Origin: Candidatus Gottesmanbacteria bacterium
GTDB lineage: Bacteria > Patescibacteriota > Microgenomatia > UBA10105 > UBA927
NCBI GenBank assembly: GCA_963714095.1
Contig: OY970230.1
Location: 198,206-262,205, forward strand
Length of the DNA stretch: 64,000 nt
Direction of reading: 5' to 3'
A model generated the notes under the pieces. It was not told where the DNA came from. It saw nothing but the letters and a program-made list of their open reading frames with translations, and did no database searches. The position numbers and the translations under genes were made by a program. Position 1 is the first letter of the stretch. The number at the start of each line of letters is the position of its first letter. Positions 28,727-40,020 of the stretch are shown piece by piece.

Positions 28727-31629
28727 ACGAAACCCGCAATGGTTATCACGGCCCCGATATAAAATATGCTCTGCGGTTGATAATAGATGGTTGCATCATA
28801 TGTTCCCTTTGTATCTATAATCCAACCGTTGGCAAAACCGTTTGTCAGGACATGCCGGCTTTCCTGTAAGGTCTCCCCGTTGATTTTTATCTTCCACCGC
28901 GCGTCGAAGCCGGCGTTGTAGAGTAACAAAAATGCTTTTTGGGCATTATTGATGTGCACTGTGACATTTGTAGGATTCTTTTGAATAAATGTAACAGCCG
29001 GCGAAGAGATGTTTATGGATTCATGATTCCGGTGGGCATAAACGGCGGGTTGCTGCCTGGGAACATTATCGGCCGCAGCAGTAAGTTCAACTGTGTGAAA
29101 GCCTGCGGTCAAATAGACATTTTTTGGATTGGTAACTAATGATCCGTCTAATTTGAGAGTCTGGGAGGAGACATCATAAACGAGCAGCTGGTAATTGGCA
29201 TCAGTATCCACGGTCAACCCATACCGGTATTCCTGTTGTCCGTCTCCCATCCAAACCAAAGGTTGTACGCGGACAATCATTGTCTGGAAATACGACTCAA
29301 ATTCCGGATCCTTCCCTAATTCTCTTTGCTGGGCCAGAAAATAAGCCAAAATACGGTTTGCATAGACCGTTTTATCGCGTCCGGAAAGATTGTCCATAAT
29401 CTTCACAGCATCGTTCATCGCCAATTCGTACCGCGCTTGTGCCGATTGTAACCGGGCAATATTATTTTCCGTGCGGAATTCCATATACTCTCCCAGTCTG
29501 GTCTGTGCGTGGGCAATAAGTACGTCGATCTTTGCAGAGCCGGTCTTCGCGTTATTATTTTCACGCTCTTCTTTCCATGTTATGTATGGATATGCCACGG
29601 AACCGGGGAGTATGCGCGGCCGGAGTATCGTGATTCCTGATACATATTTATTCCATTCTGCCGTTTTGCAAAAATAACATTCACCACCGTACACAATAGA
29701 TGTAGCCAGGGAAGTAGCCGGACCCGCTCCCGTTCCATCCCCGATTTCGACGACCGGCACCGCAGGTTCAACTCCTACGATATCCGAACCGCTCGCGGAT
29801 AAATCCCCCTGAAAATCTGTCACCGCACCTGCGGCTTGGACAATCGGAGGTGCGGATCCCGGCAAATCCCATAACTGCCACTCCCCTTTGTCAAACGTTT
29901 TCGTTAAACCGAAAGCGGTAGCAATAGGCACAAAATCAGGGGCAGGTTGAGGCTTGGAAAACTGAACATCGCGCCGGACCAAAATAGAACGGACTCGAAG
30001 TATGGATGCCAGATTGAAAAATGAACGCCTATCATGACTATCCAGTGCCTCATACATACGGTTCACCAGCTCGCCACCTGTACCGGTGGCGTCATTGGCA
30101 ATAATCGGAACGGTCGAGATTAATCTCGGAAGCACGTCGAGACTGTAAAACCCCCACCGATACGTATCAATCGGCTGATTAATAAACCCCGCGTCAAGCG
30201 GCGGATAGATGAGGATATTCCCTGAATACGGGTCTGCGCTATTCATAACTTTTGCCGTGTCTGTTACATAAGGCGGAACCGAGACGCGCGTGGTAAAATC
30301 TTTGGAGAATTGAAATATGTCCGATACAAAAAACGGATAGTGATACACGAATAAACCCGTAATGAAACCCGCGGCAATAAGAGCCTGCACCAGTCTTCCT
30401 TTTATGGATTGCAGAACGGAGTTCAGCATAAAACCGGAAAGAATAATCATCGGAATCCACACTAACGGCGCAAATTTATAAAAGCTTGAACGGAAAATTG
30501 CAAATCCCGGCACGTGACGCATCGCCCAAATAAATGCCACACCGAACGGGGGATGCGATCCAGCGGCCAGTACCAACCCTATGAGCAAAAGTATGTAGAG
30601 ACATACAAGGAACCAGATCTGACGGATATTTTTTCTTTTCCATAACAGGAATATTGAACCGACAAAAACGATAATTGCAGGAATAAAACTTGCAATAATC
30701 AAAAGATGGTTGGTAAGAAATTGATGCGCAAACGGATTATAGACATTGTCATACCAATCGGGGATTCCCTGTAAACGCAGAAGATTTATAATGCTCGCAT
30801 TTTTGCTGATCACACCTTCCCATGCAATGAGCCCCTCAATTCCCCCATAAGCTCCTACCGTCTGACTGTATGTTCCGAGATATAGACTGAGCTGCGGTAA
30901 AACCCAATAGGCATTGACAGTCAAAAACGAAACGGACATGCCGCACGCGATGAAACATAACCGCTTCAGCACCCCCCGTCCGTCTTTGCGGATTGCAATG
31001 ATAGAAAAAATAATAAATGAACATACCAGCCCGACAAGCGTTGCCCCATACAACGGCGGAGACCCTCCCCCGTTCAGAATAAAATAGAGAAGCCCGAAGG
31101 CAATTGCATGCCTGACAATATTCTTCTTACGGATAATTGTCCGGTACAGAAGAGCAACTGCTATAGGGAGCGCGGCAAACAGTGAAAATTCTGCCCGCTC
31201 CGCAATAAACCACCCCTGTAAAATATAAAAATTGTACATCGCAAATGCCGATGACCACAGACGTAAAAATCTGTATTGCTTCTGCGGAAATACGAGATAT
31301 ATACCTAGCCACATGCCGAAACCGATAAGAAAAAACCACAATACGAGAGCGATTCGTTGACCCCAAAGGATCGATCCTGTAAGTACTGAAAATAGCGTTT
31401 CCGGAAACTGCGTCACAAGAAATGCCTTGTATAACGCCCAATCTATCCCGAAGTTCACAATCGGATTCCACGAATAAAACAAATTTTTTAGATTTACCAC
31501 TGGCATCAGCCGGAATCCACTATCATGCCCGAGAAGCATCTGACTACCACTCAACCAATGAAGAGGTAAAAGAGATGTAATGAATATAAACAGGAGTTCA
31601 ATAAAATATGCACGTCGAATATATTTCAT
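28669..31629 (-). CDS. very large polytopic membrane protein with extracytoplasmic C-terminal domain (GT-C-like candidate)
   Basis: 986 aa. N-terminal ~450 aa multi-TM with early GHDSGF acidic loop. Large hydrophilic middle/C region. Final TM near the C-terminus. Confidence 0.4.
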   Translation of the reverse strand: MKYIRRAYFIELLFIFITSLLPLHWLSGSQMLLGHDSGFRLMPVVNLKNLFYSWNPIVNFGIDWALYKAFLVTQFPETLFSVLTGSILWGQRIALVLWFFLIGFGMWLGIYLVFPQKQYRFLRLWSSAFAMYNFYILQGWFIAERAEFSLFAALPIAVALLYRTIIRKKNIVRHAIAFGLLYFILNGGGSPPLYGATLVGLVCSFIIFSIIAIRKDGRGVLKRLCFIACGMSVSFLTVNAYWVLPQLSLYLGTYSQTVGAYGGIEGLIAWEGVISKNASIINLLRLQGIPDWYDNVYNPFAHQFLTNHLLIIASFIPAIIVFVGSIFLLWKRKNIRQIWFLVCLYILLLIGLVLAAGSHPPFGVAFIWAMRHVPGFAIFRSSFYKFAPLVWIPMIILSGFMLNSVLQSIKGRLVQALIAAGFITGLFVYHYPFFVSDIFQFSKDFTTRVSVPPYVTDTAKVMNSADPYSGNILIYPPLDAGFINQPIDTYRWGFYSLDVLPRLISTVPIIANDATGTGGELVNRMYEALDSHDRRSFFNLASILRVRSILVRRDVQFSKPQPAPDFVPIATAFGLTKTFDKGEWQLWDLPGSAPPIVQAAGAVTDFQGDLSASGSDIVGVEPAVPVVEIGDGTGAGPATSLATSIVYGGECYFCKTAEWNKYVSGITILRPRILPGSVAYPYITWKEERENNNAKTGSAKIDVLIAHAQTRLGEYMEFRTENNIARLQSAQARYELAMNDAVKIMDNLSGRDKTVYANRILAYFLAQQRELGKDPEFESYFQTMIVRVQPLVWMGDGQQEYRYGLTVDTDANYQLLVYDVSSQTLKLDGSLVTNPKNVYLTAGFHTVELTAAADNVPRQQPAVYAHRNHESINISSPAVTFIQKNPTNVTVHINNAQKAFLLLYNAGFDARWKIKINGETLQESRHVLTNGFANGWIIDTKGTYDATIYYQPQSIFYIGAVITIAGFVCVAIILTVRKDQQRIHRV

Positions 31630-33356
31630 ATCTTTTCTCGTTTCTTAAAAATTTCAATAGTTGATCCATCGATGGGAACGAAAACGTCACGAAAACGATC
31701 GTATCCCAACGATTCTATCACTGTGGCATTAACGCCCCCAGGTACTTTATCCAACACATAATCGGCCTGATGTAACTCCAACTTTTTGGGCAATACGGCA
31801 TCTTTCGGCACTTCTGTGTCCATAACCATTATATCTCGCTGCTCGTACGTCAGAATGGACAGGAACGCATTATCAAGCGGCTCAAAGGCAAACAGCTTAA
31901 CAACGTCTGGCTTTCCGGGCCCTTTCCAATCATTACGAATTGTTGACACCATCACATCCGCATTAACAAATTCTTTATTCGGCGGCCACACTATGGGCGT
32001 CAGATATATACGGCGCGGATGATGAATAAATTCCGGGAGAACAATATCCTTTAAACCCTGTTTCCCCATCGGACCAATTGCCCAAAACGCACCGAAATAA
32101 CTGCAAACGGCAACCACCACGAAACAAACCGTGAAAAATCTTCTGACCGCCGAATGTTGGATGCCCGCAAGGGGTAATACGGCCAAAAAAGCCATATAGG
32201 GATACAAAGGCACGATGAACCGGTCTTCCTTCCACACCGCCATACCAGTAAAAAACAGATACGGCACCGCGACACCCAGAAGGGGCACCCCATATCGTTT
32301 CCATTTCCATAGTGCAATAAGCACACCGACCGCAAACGGAATAAAAATCCAAACCGTATTCTGGGACATAATGTTGAAATAATACATGACGGATCTTGTT
32401 GATAACGTATTTGCCATATCGGGGCTGCGGTATTGTGCCACCCACTCTGCTCCGTACGTCTGGTTGTTCTTAACGTATACGTCAAAAAAAATGTGGGCGT
32501 TGGGAATGTAATATGCAAAAATCGGTACAACTACTCCGATAATCAAAAATAAGACAATGTTAACGATAATGTTCTTTCTGACTTTCTTTTCCCTCACAGC
32601 CTGCCCGACAGACATAATAAATACCGCCAGCGCCGGCCCCAACACAAATACCGGTCCAACCCAACGCGTCAGTGATGCCAGTGCCAGAAAAACTGCCGCA
32701 ACGAGAGTTTCTTTTGTTTTTACGAAACTATTTGTTTTGAGAAGAAATACGACCGACCATATACAGAACGTGCTCACCGCTGTTTCCGTATATGTAAAAT
32801 GTGAATAAAACAATACGTTTCCTAAACTTGCAAATACTATTGCGACAAGAAGTGATTTTTTTTGAGTAAAATACGTTCTGGCTATTACATACGTCCCGAT
32901 AATCGCCGCAAGGTAAAAAAGTCCGTTCAGAAGCAATGCCATCTTGTACGTATACGCTGTTCCGAAAATCAGTAATAATAGTGCTATAACAATACTGAAT
33001 ACCGGCTGCCGGTATCCGCTCGCCGCAAGAATACTCCCCCACGAAACTGACAATGGATGACGGAATTGATCATACAAATTCACTGCCAGAGAAAGATATT
33101 GATGTTCGTCCCATTGGGGATATTGATGAGATCTATAGATATAAAAAGCAAATGAAAGATAAACAAAAACAAGAAGACTTATACTTATCAGACTAAAAAG
33201 TTTATGGTGCGATTGAAGCTGACCCTTGTTGTTTTTTTGTAGCTCTCTTTCATAAAATAACCTCATATTGTTTCGTTGGTTCGTATGCAATACTATGTAC
33301 CTATTATATCCTGACTTTACCGAAAATCTTGATAATAAATAATAACACAGTTGCAA
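31626..33356 (-). CDS. GT-C fold membrane glycosyltransferase, GT39/ArnT-like
   Basis: Early loop WDEHQYLSLAVNLYD. FYSHFTYTETAVSTFCIW resembles the PMT/ArnT signature region. Multi-TM N-half and soluble C-half. Confidence 0.45.
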   Translation of the reverse strand: MQLCYYLLSRFSVKSGYNRYIVLHTNQRNNMRLFYERELQKNNKGQLQSHHKLFSLISISLLVFVYLSFAFYIYRSHQYPQWDEHQYLSLAVNLYDQFRHPLSVSWGSILAASGYRQPVFSIVIALLLLIFGTAYTYKMALLLNGLFYLAAIIGTYVIARTYFTQKKSLLVAIVFASLGNVLFYSHFTYTETAVSTFCIWSVVFLLKTNSFVKTKETLVAAVFLALASLTRWVGPVFVLGPALAVFIMSVGQAVREKKVRKNIIVNIVLFLIIGVVVPIFAYYIPNAHIFFDVYVKNNQTYGAEWVAQYRSPDMANTLSTRSVMYYFNIMSQNTVWIFIPFAVGVLIALWKWKRYGVPLLGVAVPYLFFTGMAVWKEDRFIVPLYPYMAFLAVLPLAGIQHSAVRRFFTVCFVVVAVCSYFGAFWAIGPMGKQGLKDIVLPEFIHHPRRIYLTPIVWPPNKEFVNADVMVSTIRNDWKGPGKPDVVKLFAFEPLDNAFLSILTYEQRDIMVMDTEVPKDAVLPKKLELHQADYVLDKVPGGVNATVIESLGYDRFRDVFVPIDGSTIEIFKKREKI

Positions 33357-33381
33357 AAATTTAACTAAACCGCAAAGCCTT

Positions 33382-34593
33382 ATGAACCGACAACCCTCTC
33401 CCCATTATGCATTTTTAGACGGCCTCAAAGGAATTGCTATTGTCATGATTGTCGCGTTTCACCTACAATTTATATATTCAGGATTTTCCGATTATTTAAG
33501 CAAGCTCCTAGCGTTTAGCGGTGTATGGGTAAATATGTTTTTCGTAATTTCCGCGTTTACCCTCACGGCGAGCGTCTATAATCAGCGTTTATTTAATTTT
33601 TTCCGGTATTTCTATAAACGTTTTCTTCGGATAACACCAGCATATTACGTAATGCTTGTTATTGCGTTTATCGTTATGCCAACTATGGTCAGAACATTTC
33701 TGTGGGGAAATAATATCCAGAATCTATTTCAACACATTCTCTTCATTAACACAGCCCCGTTTAATCATACCAATCAAGTTTCAATTCTGGGAGTGGAATG
33801 GTATATACCGGTACAATTTTGGCTCTATCTTGTCATACCATTTATCGTAATCACCCTTAGGGGAAATGGTATTATATTTTCGGCGCTTTTATTGGTATCG
33901 TTGTTTCTTCATTCAGATAAAAACGCACTCTTCCATTATCAGAATTTTTTTGATTTCGCCTCAAGTATACAGAACTTTCTCTGGGTCTATGTATTTGCTA
34001 TCGGTGCTCAAATGGTGCGTATGAATAAAAAAATTCATCTGTCGTTCTCATCCATTATCACAGGACTGGGAATTCTGGCAGGCTCTGTTTATTTTATTCT
34101 CACTATCCAAACTAAAAGTGAACGGTTCTATATAACTGCATTGATCGTCATGTTATATCAGATCCTCTTGAAAACACGCATTATCCGCCGCGTATCAACA
34201 ACCCATTCCTCGTTGGTACCGATACTCGAACATATTGACGTTCTTATATTATTTATTTTGTTTTATAAATATATCCTGAATTGGTACTTTGTAAAAAACC
34301 CTCATGAATTTATGGCATTCTGGTCAATTGCGCTGGTTATTGCGTCATATGCCCGCCCATGGTTCCTCCAGAAGTTATTGGAAAATCGTGCTGTTGTACT
34401 GCTGGGGAAATATAGTTATGAGATCTATCTCACGCATTTTTTCGTTATTACGGCGGTAGGTTATATTATTCCAAAACAAGGGCCATACATCCGCACGCTC
34501 TACATTCTTCCCATCATCGCCATTCTCTCGTATCTTTTACGCCAATTTGTTTCCAAACCTGCGCTGGATTTATATCCACTCAAAAATCAATAA
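33382..34593 (+). CDS. acyltransferase family 3 (OafA-like membrane O-acyltransferase)
   Basis: FLDGLKGIAIVMIVAFHL start motif and about 10 TM helices, typical of AT3 family. On the + strand, divergent from the upstream block. Confidence 0.75.
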   Translation: MNRQPSPHYAFLDGLKGIAIVMIVAFHLQFIYSGFSDYLSKLLAFSGVWVNMFFVISAFTLTASVYNQRLFNFFRYFYKRFLRITPAYYVMLVIAFIVMPTMVRTFLWGNNIQNLFQHILFINTAPFNHTNQVSILGVEWYIPVQFWLYLVIPFIVITLRGNGIIFSALLLVSLFLHSDKNALFHYQNFFDFASSIQNFLWVYVFAIGAQMVRMNKKIHLSFSSIITGLGILAGSVYFILTIQTKSERFYITALIVMLYQILLKTRIIRRVSTTHSSLVPILEHIDVLILFILFYKYILNWYFVKNPHEFMAFWSIALVIASYARPWFLQKLLENRAVVLLGKYSYEIYLTHFFVITAVGYIIPKQGPYIRTLYILPIIAILSYLLRQFVSKPALDLYPLKNQ

Positions 34594-35612
34594 CTTATGT
34601 ATCGTTTCATTACCCTATGATAACCATAACGTACTTCAGAGTATCCGTACGCCATGAGCGTCATGAAACATGCAATAGGATGCAGGAACCATGCGCCTTC
34701 ATGAACCGCAATGTAGCCTCGGATACTCAACGAAAGCGGTTCAATAAATGTCAGTGAATAGATAATAAACAGTAATAAATTTTTCCGGTCTGTGGCAGAA
34801 TGAGGATCGTAGACCAAATAATGACGCTTGGATTTTAACGGATCATAATATCGCCCCTTATACTCAACACGGCGTTTAAGAAATGAGACAATACTCGATC
34901 CTGTATAATGAATTATCGAATTATTAACAGCAGCAAATTCGGTATATCCCTTCTCAACAAGCATCGCAAATGCGTCGGTATGGAGGAAGGTATCAGGATT
35001 CAGATTGACCTTCATTATCAGATCTCTCCGGAACATATGTCCGTTATCACCAAGAGTGGGTAACGTATCCTTTGTATAAGATAAAATTGTATACCCATGT
35101 GTTCGCTTTCGTTCAATTCCTTTATGATATTCCGATTCAAACCGCGGAAGCTTATCGGATTTATCAAGATAGTAAAGAAGAGGGTCATTAATACCGAATA
35201 ACGCACAATATTTTGTAAAGGCGGGCATTGATGCCTCGTACGTATTATATTTACTGAACGCGCAAACGACGTTCCTGTTTTGAACAAACGGTTGAACCAT
35301 CTGTTGTAACCAATTTTTGCTGGGGAGAATATTATCCGGTTCAAGAATCAAAATAAGTTCTCCCCTGGCAAGTTGAATCCCCAGAGATATCCGTACCTGT
35401 GCCTTTTCTAATAAATCTTTTCGTACAACGACGCGTGTATTATATTGTTTAATAAAATCAAGCGTCTCTTTGGGTGAACCGGCGTCCATAACGATATGTT
35501 CGATTTTTGAACAGGGATAATCCTGATTACGAATTGCTGTAAGCATCTTTCTCCATAGAAAAATTGGTGTATTATATGATCCAGTAATAATAGTTATAGA
35601 CGGATGAACCAT
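34587..35612 (-). CDS. glycosyltransferase family 2-like
   Basis: ITIITGSYNTPIFLWRKMLTAIRNQDYP ... IVMDAGS GT-A N-terminal pattern. Confidence 0.55.
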   Translation of the reverse strand: MVHPSITIITGSYNTPIFLWRKMLTAIRNQDYPCSKIEHIVMDAGSPKETLDFIKQYNTRVVVRKDLLEKAQVRISLGIQLARGELILILEPDNILPSKNWLQQMVQPFVQNRNVVCAFSKYNTYEASMPAFTKYCALFGINDPLLYYLDKSDKLPRFESEYHKGIERKRTHGYTILSYTKDTLPTLGDNGHMFRRDLIMKVNLNPDTFLHTDAFAMLVEKGYTEFAAVNNSIIHYTGSSIVSFLKRRVEYKGRYYDPLKSKRHYLVYDPHSATDRKNLLLFIIYSLTFIEPLSLSIRGYIAVHEGAWFLHPIACFMTLMAYGYSEVRYGYHRVMKRYISY

Positions 35613-35768
35613 AATAAAATTATAAATTCTCTTTTTTATGATCCTCGTAGCGTTGAGAATAATATTTCGCTATTATCGAACATATTTTAAAAATGAATGT
35701 ACGATATCTAAATAATTTGGTTATTTACAATAATATTAACTTCATCTCTGATATTTGTAGGGAAAATA
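35613..35768. promoter_or_regulatory. AT-rich intergenic region upstream of the minus-strand gene 34587..35612
   Basis: 156-nt non-coding gap, strongly AT-rich. Position consistent with a promoter; no motif verified. Confidence 0.25.
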
Positions 35769-36455
35769 TTATTTAATTCGTCGAATAAATTTAGCAGGAA
35801 TACCGGAAACAATTGTATAGCTTTGTACATCTTTTGTAACCACCGATCCGGCACCAATAATAGCACCTTTACCTATGGTTACCCCACACAAAATAGCCAC
35901 TCCCGTTCCAATCCACACATCTTCACCAATATGTACTCCGCCGGTACTACCTGTTTGAAACCGTTTAGGAATTTTTGTATTTTTATAACCATGGTCCAAT
36001 GTATACACTCGTACGTGATCCGAAATCATCGTATTATCTCCGATTTCAATAAGCCCCCCTAACCCATCAATAAAACTACCGATGGAAAGCGAAAAGTTTT
36101 TCCCAATTCGCACTCCGTCCGGTCCCGACCATATAGCGGCCCTGTCATAAATCATACTATTATCACCTATTGATATTTTTCCTGAAGCGAAAAGTGTTAC
36201 ATAATCCTTAATCCAGATGTTACGGCCAAGATGAATTTTTGAACCTCGAATAAATTTACACCCACGTCCGATCAGAATTAACCCATTGGAAGAAATTTGA
36301 ATTTTGGAAAATAAACCTCGTAAAATACACAAAAATAATCCTGAACCGGAGGAGAATATATGAGAAATCAAGTCATCAACTAAGGCATGAACCAATTCAT
36401 CGTTGTTCGATACATGATAATACTGCCGTAACAAACTTATTCTTCTTGATTTCAT
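35769..36455 (-). CDS. hexapeptide-repeat (LbH) acetyltransferase
   Basis: Repeats [35 protein letters not shown]. Confidence 0.7.
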   Translation of the reverse strand: MKSRRISLLRQYYHVSNNDELVHALVDDLISHIFSSGSGLFLCILRGLFSKIQISSNGLILIGRGCKFIRGSKIHLGRNIWIKDYVTLFASGKISIGDNSMIYDRAAIWSGPDGVRIGKNFSLSIGSFIDGLGGLIEIGDNTMISDHVRVYTLDHGYKNTKIPKRFQTGSTGGVHIGEDVWIGTGVAILCGVTIGKGAIIGAGSVVTKDVQSYTIVSGIPAKFIRRIK

Positions 36456-36577
36456 AGTTAAAATAGAATATTACGCAATCACCTTGATCACTTGAATATA
36501 AAATCACCTAATTTTAATTTCGTTTTATTCCAATATCTATCGTAATAGTTTTGCATATATGACAGCTATGATAAGAT
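36456..36577. promoter_or_regulatory. divergent promoter region between 35769..36455 (-) and 36578..37765 (+)
   Basis: 122-nt AT-rich gap between divergently oriented genes. Confidence 0.3.
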
Positions 36578-37765
36578 ATGTTGCATTATACAAATACCGA
36601 AGCAAGAATGAAACATCTCAAAAGTGTACTGTATATTAATTTCGCACCGTACGATAACGCGGGAAAAATTCTGGATTATCTGCTCACGCGATATGAATAT
36701 GTTTATCATTTTTCCTTCAATTTCCATTATCTGCATAATGCGGAAAATGATAGTTCTTTGGTTATTTACAAACACCGTGTCATTATATCGAGACAATCAA
36801 TATTTCAACTCTTACCCCACCCCGGACTTATCTTTCTTCTTTTGCCGATACGATCGATTATATTTCTTCTGGAAATAATCCGTTATAGCAAAACAATAAA
36901 TAAACGGTACGGTGAAATAGATGATTATTTTACTGTTAATGCTTATACGGCATGGTGCGGCCTAATCCTTAAAAGATTACATTTTGTAAAGAGAACGATA
37001 TTCTGGGTATGGGATTATTATCCGCCGCACGATAAAAGCAAAGTTGTTACCTTTATGCGGTGGCTCTATTGGCACTTCGATAAACGAGCAACCCATTCTG
37101 ATAGGCTTATTTTTCTTAATCACCGGCTTGAAAATCTCAGAAAAAAAAATGGGATTTTACCCGCCTCGAAGCGTTACCCTATTATCGGAATCGGAACCAA
37201 TCTCATACAGATGAAACGAAAAATATCCGATTCACTCTTATTTATAGGCGTATTGAAACATAGTCAGGGGTTGGAATTACTTATACGGAATAGCGATAAA
37301 CTTCACCGCGCATATCCAAAACTGGATGTGCATATTATTGGCACCGGCCCGGAAGAAAATTATCTTAAAAGTATTGCAACACAGAGCTCTGTACCGTTTT
37401 ATTTCCATGGAATTCAGGATGTGTTTTCAACGACAGCAAAAAATATTATCAAAAAAACTTCAATCGGAATAGCACCATATAAACCAGAGGCGGGAAACGT
37501 TTCTTATTACGGTGACCCGTCCAAAATAAAAAACTATATCGGATACGGATTGCCGGTCATCACAACAAATGTCTTTGAATTTGCCAAAGAGATTCGCAAT
37601 TCTCATGCGGGCATAGTCATACAATATGATATTAATGCTTTTATCCGAGCATTAAACACAATCTATAAAACGTACGGCGAATATGCCGAAAACGCACATA
37701 ATTTGGCTAAAAAATACGACTACAGAACTAACTATGCAGATATGTTTGAGGATAATGAAGGGTAA
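36578..37765 (+). CDS. glycosyltransferase family 4
   Basis: C-domain pattern FIGVLKHSQGLELLIRN...HIIGTGPEENYLK...GIAPYKPEAGNVSYYGDPSKIKNYIGYGLPVI. Confidence 0.7.
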   Translation: MLHYTNTEARMKHLKSVLYINFAPYDNAGKILDYLLTRYEYVYHFSFNFHYLHNAENDSSLVIYKHRVIISRQSIFQLLPHPGLIFLLLPIRSIIFLLEIIRYSKTINKRYGEIDDYFTVNAYTAWCGLILKRLHFVKRTIFWVWDYYPPHDKSKVVTFMRWLYWHFDKRATHSDRLIFLNHRLENLRKKNGILPASKRYPIIGIGTNLIQMKRKISDSLLFIGVLKHSQGLELLIRNSDKLHRAYPKLDVHIIGTGPEENYLKSIATQSSVPFYFHGIQDVFSTTAKNIIKKTSIGIAPYKPEAGNVSYYGDPSKIKNYIGYGLPVITTNVFEFAKEIRNSHAGIVIQYDINAFIRALNTIYKTYGEYAENAHNLAKKYDYRTNYADMFEDNEG

Positions 37766-37773
37766 TAGAAAAC

Positions 37774-38823
37774 TCAATGTTTTCCTGCATTAAAACACAT
37801 ATCTGACAGAATCTGATCAATAGTATATGTATAATTCCACTTGGGGTAATGTCGTTTAAATTTATTTACATCAGATATATACCAAATATGATCTCCTATC
37901 CGTGGTCTATCAACATATCGAACACGAATTTTTTTGTCAAGTAATTTTTCAACTTTCCGGATTGCTTCAAGAATAGAAATACTGGCATGTCTGGATCCGC
38001 CGATATTGTAAACCTCACCGCTCCTTGGTTTCTTATATACCTCATAAAATGCTCTTATCAGATCCATTGAATGGATATTGTCGCGAACCTGTTTCCCCTT
38101 ATAACCCAGAATAGTATATTCCGTGTCTTCTTTGATGCATTTTACAAGATATGCTAAAAACCCGTGAAGTTTAACTGCGGAATGCATTGGTCCTGTAAGG
38201 CATCCGCCCCTAAACACGGTTGTTTTCAAGCCAAAATATCTTCCGTACTCCTGAACCATAAGATCAGCAGAGGTCTTTGAAACTCCAAAAATACTGTGTG
38301 TTGTATGGTCCAGACTCATCGTTTCATCAATTCCGTTATATAAGTGATGGCTGCGAGGAAGTTCCCATCGTGTTTGTTTTTCAATAAACGGCAGCAGGTT
38401 CGGGCTGTCACCATAAACTTTATTGGTTGAGGTAAATATAAATACCGCTTTCGGACAATATTTTCTGTATTGCTCTAATAAGAGAAGTGTCCCATATGCA
38501 TTAACCGAAAAATCCGTTAATGGTTCTTTTGCTGCCCAATCGTGTGACGGCTGGGCCGCCGTATGTATAATTAAATCAAAGGTATGATGAGAAAATAGAT
38601 TCCGTATTTTTATTTCATCACGTATATCAATTGTATGATGGTGATAATTACTAAATAATTTTATTAATCGTTTTTTGCTCCACGTTGTGTCACCATCTTT
38701 ACCAAAAAAATACGATCGCAGGTTATTATCTATACCATGAACGTCAAAATCTTTTGCACAAAAAAAAGCTACCGCTTCGGATCCAATAAGGCCATTCGAT
38801 CCTGTTATGAGAACTTTTTTCAT
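37774..38823 (-). CDS. NAD-dependent sugar-nucleotide epimerase, CDP-paratose 2-epimerase (RfbE)-like
   Basis: [16 protein letters not shown] Rossmann motif. [37 protein letters not shown] and EVYNIGG align with my recollection of the RfbE/CDP-tyvelose epimerase family. Confidence 0.6.
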   Translation of the reverse strand: MKKVLITGSNGLIGSEAVAFFCAKDFDVHGIDNNLRSYFFGKDGDTTWSKKRLIKLFSNYHHHTIDIRDEIKIRNLFSHHTFDLIIHTAAQPSHDWAAKEPLTDFSVNAYGTLLLLEQYRKYCPKAVFIFTSTNKVYGDSPNLLPFIEKQTRWELPRSHHLYNGIDETMSLDHTTHSIFGVSKTSADLMVQEYGRYFGLKTTVFRGGCLTGPMHSAVKLHGFLAYLVKCIKEDTEYTILGYKGKQVRDNIHSMDLIRAFYEVYKKPRSGEVYNIGGSRHASISILEAIRKVEKLLDKKIRVRYVDRPRIGDHIWYISDVNKFKRHYPKWNYTYTIDQILSDMCFNAGKH

Positions 38824-39983
38824 ACCTTCTGAAATGCTTGATCAAATAAATTATCCCAATTATAGGATTCCGCCATATGACGTGCAAGCAATCGGGCACG
38901 ACAGATTTTCTTTGAATCCTTCATAAGCGAAGTTAAGAGCGTAACCAACGCATTCTTTGTATATGGTATTACATACCCACAGCCTTTTTTAACAAGTTCT
39001 TTTGCAACGTATGGCACCTTTGTGGTGATAACGGGTATCCCTGCCAAAAGATATTGCTTTATTTTTGACTGATCAGCATAAAAGGAAAACGGATGATCAG
39101 AGGTATATAGTGCTAATCCAATGGCCGATTTTGAGAGTCGACTAATAATATATTTTTGGTCATCGGAAAATCCAAGGAAATGGACTCTCGACGTTACGCC
39201 ATACTCATGTGCAATTTTTTTTAGAGTACCTTCATAATACCCCGAACCGATAACAATCAGACAAACCTTTTTAAATCTGCCAGCAAGTTGAGGTAACGCT
39301 TCTATTGCCAGTTGTACACCCTGTTCTTTTGTTAAAAACCCAAGATATGCGATTTCAAATGGATTAAACACTGTTAAATGGCCCGCGGACCTTCGTGATA
39401 AGTGAACACCATGAGGAACCACTATTTGATGCGGAAACTTCACACCCCATCTTTGTTCCCTTGCTTTTATCATACGGGGTGTGAGATTCCATGTTGAAGT
39501 AGCATAACGAGCACATAACATCTCTAAATAATGATAAAAACGATTTACTATTTTATTCTTAAATCTAACAGGAACATAATCGATAACGTAATATATTGTT
39601 TTTTTTACAATACCTATTCGCATAAGAATAATTCCGCAAAATGCGTTAAGGTTACCGGCTCCTATAAAGTAATCGACACGCCCTTTTAAAACATAAACAG
39701 ACCAAAACAGTGTAACAAATGAATCTTTTAGATACGCAATAAATTCAGGAAGCCTCATTCGGATAAAATGACCGCGTTTTTGGAGAACACCGAATTCGTA
39801 TAACGAATACGAAGATTCTACTATTGGATTGTGTGCTGTTTGATATGGATGGCTAATGAAAAGCACTCTCAGGGCGTGCTTCTTTAATAAATAATCACGA
39901 ACTTCATGCGGTATACCATGAACAATATCATGGCAGACGACAACTGCGCTTTTTGAGGTAAAATCCATATTCATATCACTCAT
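38820..39983 (-). CDS. glycosyltransferase family 4
   Basis: GT-B C-domain pattern [10 protein letters not shown]...HFLGFSDDQ...[21 protein letters not shown]. Confidence 0.65.
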   Translation of the reverse strand: MSDMNMDFTSKSAVVVCHDIVHGIPHEVRDYLLKKHALRVLFISHPYQTAHNPIVESSYSLYEFGVLQKRGHFIRMRLPEFIAYLKDSFVTLFWSVYVLKGRVDYFIGAGNLNAFCGIILMRIGIVKKTIYYVIDYVPVRFKNKIVNRFYHYLEMLCARYATSTWNLTPRMIKAREQRWGVKFPHQIVVPHGVHLSRRSAGHLTVFNPFEIAYLGFLTKEQGVQLAIEALPQLAGRFKKVCLIVIGSGYYEGTLKKIAHEYGVTSRVHFLGFSDDQKYIISRLSKSAIGLALYTSDHPFSFYADQSKIKQYLLAGIPVITTKVPYVAKELVKKGCGYVIPYTKNALVTLLTSLMKDSKKICRARLLARHMAESYNWDNLFDQAFQKV

Positions 39984-40020
39984 ACCTCGTATAATATATT
40001 TCTACCATGGTAGTCTGAAG

